DNA from: Acidimicrobiales bacterium
Lineage (GTDB): Bacteria; Actinomycetota; Acidimicrobiia; Acidimicrobiales; Bin134
Assembly (NCBI GenBank): GCA_965116535.1
Contig: OZ220703.1
Span: 385,545-449,544 of the forward strand
DNA: 64,000 nt
Reading direction: 5' to 3'
The notes beneath the pieces were generated by a model, which worked only from the letters and a program-made list of their open reading frames with translations, searched no databases and was not told the DNA's origin. The translations under genes and the position numbers were made by a program. This document shows, piece after piece, positions 59,551-64,000 of the stretch. The first letter of the stretch is position 1. Every line of letters starts with the position of its first letter.

Positions 59551-61368
59551 TCAATCAGCAAATTTGATGCTGTGGGCATCGGCAAATGCGGTGAGGATGG
59601 TGCCGGGGGTGCGGGCGTCTCCAATGACATGGACCTTGAGGTTGGCGGTGGCGAGATCCGCCGACAACGGGTCGTGGGGCTGTTTGGCCACGGTGAGAGT
59701 GAAGTCGGCCTCGGGCGGAGCTTCGACTCTGGTTTGGATTTCGACATTAAGGGTCTGGAGGCGTTCCAAGGCGGGCTGGACTACCAGATCGAGGAGGGCG
59801 TTAGCCGCTACCCGGCGGCCGGGGGTGGTCAGCATGACCGAGAACCCCTCAGTAGACAACCACTCTGCCAGGCCGAGAGCCTCATAGCCGCCGAATCGGT
59901 CGTCGACCACCGCGGTGGCGCCCACGGGCACTGTGCTGATGTCGGGAATCTCAGCACCGGTGGCACCGGTAGCCACCACAACAAGGTCGGGGCGGGCCGC
60001 GGTAATGGAATGCACATCGGCGGTTTGGTTCAACCGCACATCTACGCCTAAGCGGGCCAATTCACGTTCCTGCCAGTCGCAGATGTCCCCCAGCAAACCC
60101 CGAGTGGGCAGCTCTTGGGCCTGGCGAACGGCACCGCCCAAGTAAGCCTGAGCCTCGTACAGCACCACATTGTGCCCCTGGACAGCAGCCAGTCGGGCTG
60201 CTTCCATGCCGCCGGGGCCCCCGCCGACAACTACAACTTGTCGGGGTTGAGGACTCGGTCTCAGCGGTGTTAACTCCAATTCGTGGCCCACCGCGGGATT
60301 GACCGCGCACGACAGTCGGCCTCGGTTGAGGCCACCGACACAACCGTCATTTCCAGCGATACAGGGGCGGACTTCCGTCTCTCGGCCTTCGATGCTCTTG
60401 ACCACCAGCTCGGGGTCGGCGATATGGGCTCGGGTGAGGCCCACCATGTCGGCCACCCCGTCGGCTATCAGCTCGTCGGCCTCGGCCAGGGTGCGGAACC
60501 GGCCGGTCACGATGGCGGGCAGGTCTACAGCCGCCACCACCGGGGCAGCCGCCTCCAGCTCATAGCCGGGGGGCTCGTGCATCCCGCCCATGATCTTGTG
60601 GGGCCGCAGACAACTGCCGTAGGTGAGGTTCACGTAGTCGATGAGGCCGTCGTCGGCCAGCACCTTCACCAGCTCGGCACAGTCGTGCTCGGTCACTCCC
60701 CCGTCGCCCACTGCCTCTGATCCGACTCGAACACCCAGCGGGATCCTTGCGCCGATCGCCTCCCGAACCGCGGCGACGACCTCGCGGGCCAGTCGGATGC
60801 GGTTCTCCCACGAACCGCCGTAGCGGTCGGCGCGCTGGTTGGTGGCCGGCGACATGAACTGCTGGAGCAGGTAGCCGTGGGCGATGTGGACCTCAACCCC
60901 GTGCAGGCCGCCCTCGATGCTCCAATGGGCCGCTTGGGCGAAGGCATCGGTGAGCGCAGCGATATCGTCGGCGGTCATGGCCTTGGCCGGGCGGCGGATG
61001 CTGGGGCCGGCCAGTTCCGATGCCGACCACGGCGGTTCGCCGTCGGCGGTCACTCCCTCATAGCCAAGATGGCCAAGCTGCTGGAACACGGCCATGCTGT
61101 ACGGGGCCAAACGGTCCATCAGCCGCCGGTAGTCATCCACTACCGAGGCGTCGTGCAGCCACAGCGTGCCCATATCCGTGGGATGCACCGATGCCGCCTC
61201 CAGAATGGTCAGCCCGCACCCCCCGACGGCCCGGGCCTCGTGATAAGCGATCAGCTCGTCGGTGATGCGCCCCTGCCCGATGTTGGTGCCGTGCGCGGTG
61301 CGCACCACGCGGTTCTTGATCTCCAGCCCATTGATCTCAATCGGCGCCAGAACTTGCTCGTAACTCAT
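59551..61368 (-). CDS. NADH:flavin oxidoreductase (Old Yellow Enzyme domain) fused to an FAD/NAD(P)-binding domain; 2,4-dienoyl-CoA-reductase-like
   Basis: 605 aa. The N-terminus reads IEINGLEIKNRVVRTAHGT...LIAYHEARA.GG.GL. The OYE barrel shows HGYLL.QF.SP..N.R.D.YGGS.ENR. The C-terminal Rossmann motif is VVVVGGGPGGMEAA. Confidence 0.88.
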   Translation of the reverse strand: MSYEQVLAPIEINGLEIKNRVVRTAHGTNIGQGRITDELIAYHEARAVGGCGLTILEAASVHPTDMGTLWLHDASVVDDYRRLMDRLAPYSMAVFQQLGHLGYEGVTADGEPPWSASELAGPSIRRPAKAMTADDIAALTDAFAQAAHWSIEGGLHGVEVHIAHGYLLQQFMSPATNQRADRYGGSWENRIRLAREVVAAVREAIGARIPLGVRVGSEAVGDGGVTEHDCAELVKVLADDGLIDYVNLTYGSCLRPHKIMGGMHEPPGYELEAAAPVVAAVDLPAIVTGRFRTLAEADELIADGVADMVGLTRAHIADPELVVKSIEGRETEVRPCIAGNDGCVGGLNRGRLSCAVNPAVGHELELTPLRPSPQPRQVVVVGGGPGGMEAARLAAVQGHNVVLYEAQAYLGGAVRQAQELPTRGLLGDICDWQERELARLGVDVRLNQTADVHSITAARPDLVVVATGATGAEIPDISTVPVGATAVVDDRFGGYEALGLAEWLSTEGFSVMLTTPGRRVAANALLDLVVQPALERLQTLNVEIQTRVEAPPEADFTLTVAKQPHDPLSADLATANLKVHVIGDARTPGTILTAFADAHSIKFAD

Positions 61369-61447
61369 GGTGTCAACCTGGGAGCTTGTCAGCTTGCTCG
61401 TAGCTCATTGCCTCAACCTGGGAGCTTGGTCGTCGCCGCATCATCGA

Positions 61448-62632
61448 TCAAGGCACAATGTCGCCCACTCGGTTGGCGCGGGTGAAGCAGGCGGCGGCCG
61501 CGGCGCTGCCCAGGGCCATTACCAGCCAAGCCCAGGTGTAGGTGCCCAGCCAGTCGACCAAGGCGCCGAAGCTCACCGGGGTGGCCAGCGCTCCAAAGTA
61601 GTAGCCGGTCATGGTGACGCCGGTGGCCCGGGCCACGGCGTGAGAGGCTCTGTCGACCACAGCGGCGTGCATGATGCCGATGGCCGCTAGCTGGGCAACG
61701 AACCCGACGATCAAGCCGACCGTGGCAACGGCCACGCCCAACGTCAGGCCGCTCATCACCACCACATTGGACACCGCCAATACCGAGCACAGCCCGACGA
61801 TGAGAGGCACTCGCCGGGTTCGGCCCAGATAGTCGGCCCGCAACGCGGTCAGCGACATGCAGATCGCCCCGGCACCGGCTCCAGCACCGGCGATGGCCCC
61901 GGCCACCGGTTTGGAGGTGCCCAATCCCTCATCCAAATAGGGCACCGCCCACGAGAACAGCGGCTGCGAAGAACCGACCAAGAAGAAAGCTGACACGGCG
62001 AACCACCAGAACCCCTGGGGAAGCACCGATCCACCGTGTGCTCTGGCTACTCGGACGGCGCGGATGTCGGGAATGACGACCGACGAAATGAGTGCGCTGG
62101 CCGCCGCTAGGGTTCCGCCGATCATGAGGATGAGGTTCCAGCTCCAACGGTCGGAAGCCCACGGCACCAAAGTCGCGCTGATCAACGCGAGCAACGGCAC
62201 TCCAGACGTTTTGGCGGCCAACGCCAAGGTGCGGCGGGTCTCAGGCACTGCGGCGGCCACCGCCTCATTAGTGGCCGCATTGGCCAGGGCGTAGCCGAAA
62301 CCGGCGAACACGGCGGCGCCCACCAAGGCGGCGTAGCTGTCGAGGAGTGCAGCCGCCCACGCGGCCACGGCCACCATCAGCTGATCGACGATCACTGCGG
62401 TGCGGGTACCGATCTTCTCGGTGATCCTTGCGCCGAGAATCGAGCCCAGACCGGTGCATCCGAAGTGCAGGCTCACCAATAGGCCGACTTGCGCCCGGGA
62501 AACCCCGAGGTCATCTCGCACCGCGGCCACGTAGTAGCCGGGAAAGAAGCCCAAGCTGGAGCCAATGCCTAGAGCGAGCATGCTGGCCACCACCACGGTC
62601 GGGCCGCGGCCAACCGTAGTCTGTGGTCTCAT
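61448..62632 (-). CDS. Major facilitator superfamily transporter
   Basis: 394 aa. The hydrophobic profile shows about 12 predicted TM segments and an MFS-like loop (GARITEKIGTR) between TM2 and TM3. Confidence 0.8.
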   Translation of the reverse strand: MRPQTTVGRGPTVVVASMLALGIGSSLGFFPGYYVAAVRDDLGVSRAQVGLLVSLHFGCTGLGSILGARITEKIGTRTAVIVDQLMVAVAAWAAALLDSYAALVGAAVFAGFGYALANAATNEAVAAAVPETRRTLALAAKTSGVPLLALISATLVPWASDRWSWNLILMIGGTLAAASALISSVVIPDIRAVRVARAHGGSVLPQGFWWFAVSAFFLVGSSQPLFSWAVPYLDEGLGTSKPVAGAIAGAGAGAGAICMSLTALRADYLGRTRRVPLIVGLCSVLAVSNVVVMSGLTLGVAVATVGLIVGFVAQLAAIGIMHAAVVDRASHAVARATGVTMTGYYFGALATPVSFGALVDWLGTYTWAWLVMALGSAAAAACFTRANRVGDIVP

Positions 62633-62674
62633 CTAGCTGGCCCGCCCAACACTCCGGGCGACGTTACCGGGCCG

Positions 62675-63625
62675 ATGAGTCGGTCCAATGGTTCGACGCT
62701 CTTGGGCAACCAGGCGGCCCGGTACGCTCCCCAGGTGGACTTGTCGCCCGCAGCAGTGGGTCAAGCGGTGGCCGAAGTATTCGACGGGGTCGATGCCCGG
62801 CCCCAAGTCGAGCGGCTCAGCCGGGGATTCTCGTGGGTGACGCTGGCAGTGGATGAGGTGATCGTGCGGGTGGCGCCCCAGGGCGGTTCGCTCGATCCGT
62901 ACGATCCGGAAGTCGAAGCAGCCAACCTGCGCCGGGTGGAGGGGATTGTGGCTGCGCCTCAAGTGCTGGCCGTGCAGGCTGAGACCGACAACCCCATCGG
63001 ACGGCCCTTTGGGGTTCACACACGGGTGCCGGGGCAGGTCTTGCGGCTCGACGATGTGACCGAGCGGCGCTCGGAATACACCGCCGCGGCGGCCAAAGCA
63101 CTGGGCAAGCTCCATCAACTGACCACGCCGATGACTGTGGCCGAGGCCTACGACGCCGAGTTGGATCGAACTGAGGCCGTCTATCGGCGGGCTGCCCCCA
63201 ACCGCCACCCCGAATTTGAGGCTGCTCTGGAGTGGCTGCGAGCTAGTCGACCCGACTGCGACGAGGCCGCGGTGTGGTGCCACGGCGACTTCCGATTCGC
63301 CAACCTGAGTTGGACCGGGCCGGGAGAGCTGAGCGGGATCTTGGATTGGGAGCGGGCTTGGGCCGGCGACTCCATGTGCGACGTGGCCTTCACCCGCCGC
63401 TTTTCTGGCTGGTGCTCTGTTGAGGATTCCGCCCAATACGGCCACCGGCTCAACGAGGAACGGCTGGCCTACGCGGCCCGCTTCGAGCGGGTCCGCTCCT
63501 TCACCGCTTCGATGCGGGCCATCCGAGCCTGGCTTGACGGCCGTTCCCACGACCCCCGCCTGCTCACCATTGGCCGCCGGGGCGAGCAGGCCATGAAGAC
63601 AGAACTCAACTGGGCGACGGACTAG
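62675..63625 (+). CDS. Phosphotransferase-family (APH / choline-kinase-like) protein
   Basis: 316 aa. Catalytic loop CHGDFRFANLSW and metal-binding ILDWERAWAGD, both typical of the APH fold. Confidence 0.82.
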   Translation: MSRSNGSTLLGNQAARYAPQVDLSPAAVGQAVAEVFDGVDARPQVERLSRGFSWVTLAVDEVIVRVAPQGGSLDPYDPEVEAANLRRVEGIVAAPQVLAVQAETDNPIGRPFGVHTRVPGQVLRLDDVTERRSEYTAAAAKALGKLHQLTTPMTVAEAYDAELDRTEAVYRRAAPNRHPEFEAALEWLRASRPDCDEAAVWCHGDFRFANLSWTGPGELSGILDWERAWAGDSMCDVAFTRRFSGWCSVEDSAQYGHRLNEERLAYAARFERVRSFTASMRAIRAWLDGRSHDPRLLTIGRRGEQAMKTELNWATD

Positions 63626-63635
63626 CCCCGGGCAC

Positions 63636-64000
63636 CTATCCCCGGCCCAACACCATGGCATTGTGGTACTGGGCGCCGGAGCCGGCGCCGGAAACTAGGG
63701 CAGTCTCGGCGTTGGAAACTTGGCCGGTGCCGGCGGTGCCTCGCAGTTGGCGCACGGCCTCGACGATTTTGAGGGTGGGACCGCCCCAGCCAATGTGGCT
63801 GTAGCTGAGTAAGCCGCCGTCGGTGTTGAGGGGATGGCGGCCATTGACGTCGATGCCCGCCTCCCATAGGTAGTCGGCCCCTTCGCCCTCGGCGCATAAT
63901 CCCAGCATCTCGAATTGGCGCACCACCTCGTAGGTGTTGATGTCGTAGAGCTCGAACACGTCCACGTCGTGCGGTCCCAATTCGGCCAACTCGAACGCCC
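63636..64000 (-). CDS. Thiolase-family protein (SCP-x / lipid-transfer-type), C-terminal part only; the N-terminus lies beyond the right edge
   Basis: The translation ...AFELAELGPHDVDVFELYDINTYEVVRQFEMLGLC..GEG.......G......G..PLNTDGGLLSYSHIGWGGP matches the thiolase C-terminal domain pattern. The frame stays open upstream of the track's TTG at 63989. Confidence 0.8.
   Translation of the reverse strand, partial: AFELAELGPHDVDVFELYDINTYEVVRQFEMLGLCAEGEGADYLWEAGIDVNGRHPLNTDGGLLSYSHIGWGGPTLKIVEAVRQLRGTAGTGQVSNAETALVSGAGSGAQYHNAMVLGRG

Noticed and set aside
62633-63661. Minus-strand 342-aa ORF covering the phosphotransferase gene; similar antisense ORFs occur across 43.8-54.9 kb (e.g. 43844-44725, 52009-53181, 54296-54937).
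   Set aside because: Each lies opposite a CDS with diagnostic catalytic motifs and shows the biased composition typical of high-GC shadow frames.

Overview
High-GC bacterial DNA. Codon usage looks Actinomycetota-like and GTG starts are frequent, but the taxon is inference only. The window has five parts. (1) 1-41,817: six co-directional minus-strand genes encode giant repeat proteins with signal peptides (>=4,838 aa partial, 3,018, 1,517, 1,506, 1,517 and 1,131 aa). Together they are about 13,500 codons and ~97% of this stretch. The largest gene is absent from the supplied ORF track because it runs off the left edge without a stop; I recovered it by hand translation. The six proteins share a module vocabulary: fifteen 5-fold 'WSDGTTMWV...KLYAY' repeat units (putative 5-bladed beta-propellers), cadherin-like beta-sandwich domains, fibronectin-III domains, leucine-rich repeats, a ~125-aa 'GPLAGFxLVDA' module (7 copies), an unassigned ~190-aa 'DQFRLL..T..RDAT' module (3 copies) and two vWA domains. 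No enzyme, toxin, secretion or anchoring gene is interleaved. The locus shows nested recent duplications (174-bp, 381-bp, ~1.1-kb, 4.56-kb and 4.57-kb units) and conserved AT-rich intergenic elements. (2) 42,333-42,496: tRNA-Asp(GTC) and tRNA-Phe(GAA). (3) 42,566-55,539: ordinary-looking oxygenase, aldolase and dehydrogenase genes plus a Liv-type ABC importer operon. (4) 55,540-59,550: a visibly lower-GC insert with a gamma-class N6-adenine methyltransferase, a translationally coupled PD-(D/E)xK endonuclease candidate, and a convergent orphan gene with an RxxxxHG (HEPN-like) motif. (5) 59,551-64,000: flavin oxidoreductase, MFS transporter, kinase-fold phosphotransferase and a partial thiolase. 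Most long plus-strand ORFs in 1-42 kb are antisense shadows of the giant genes.
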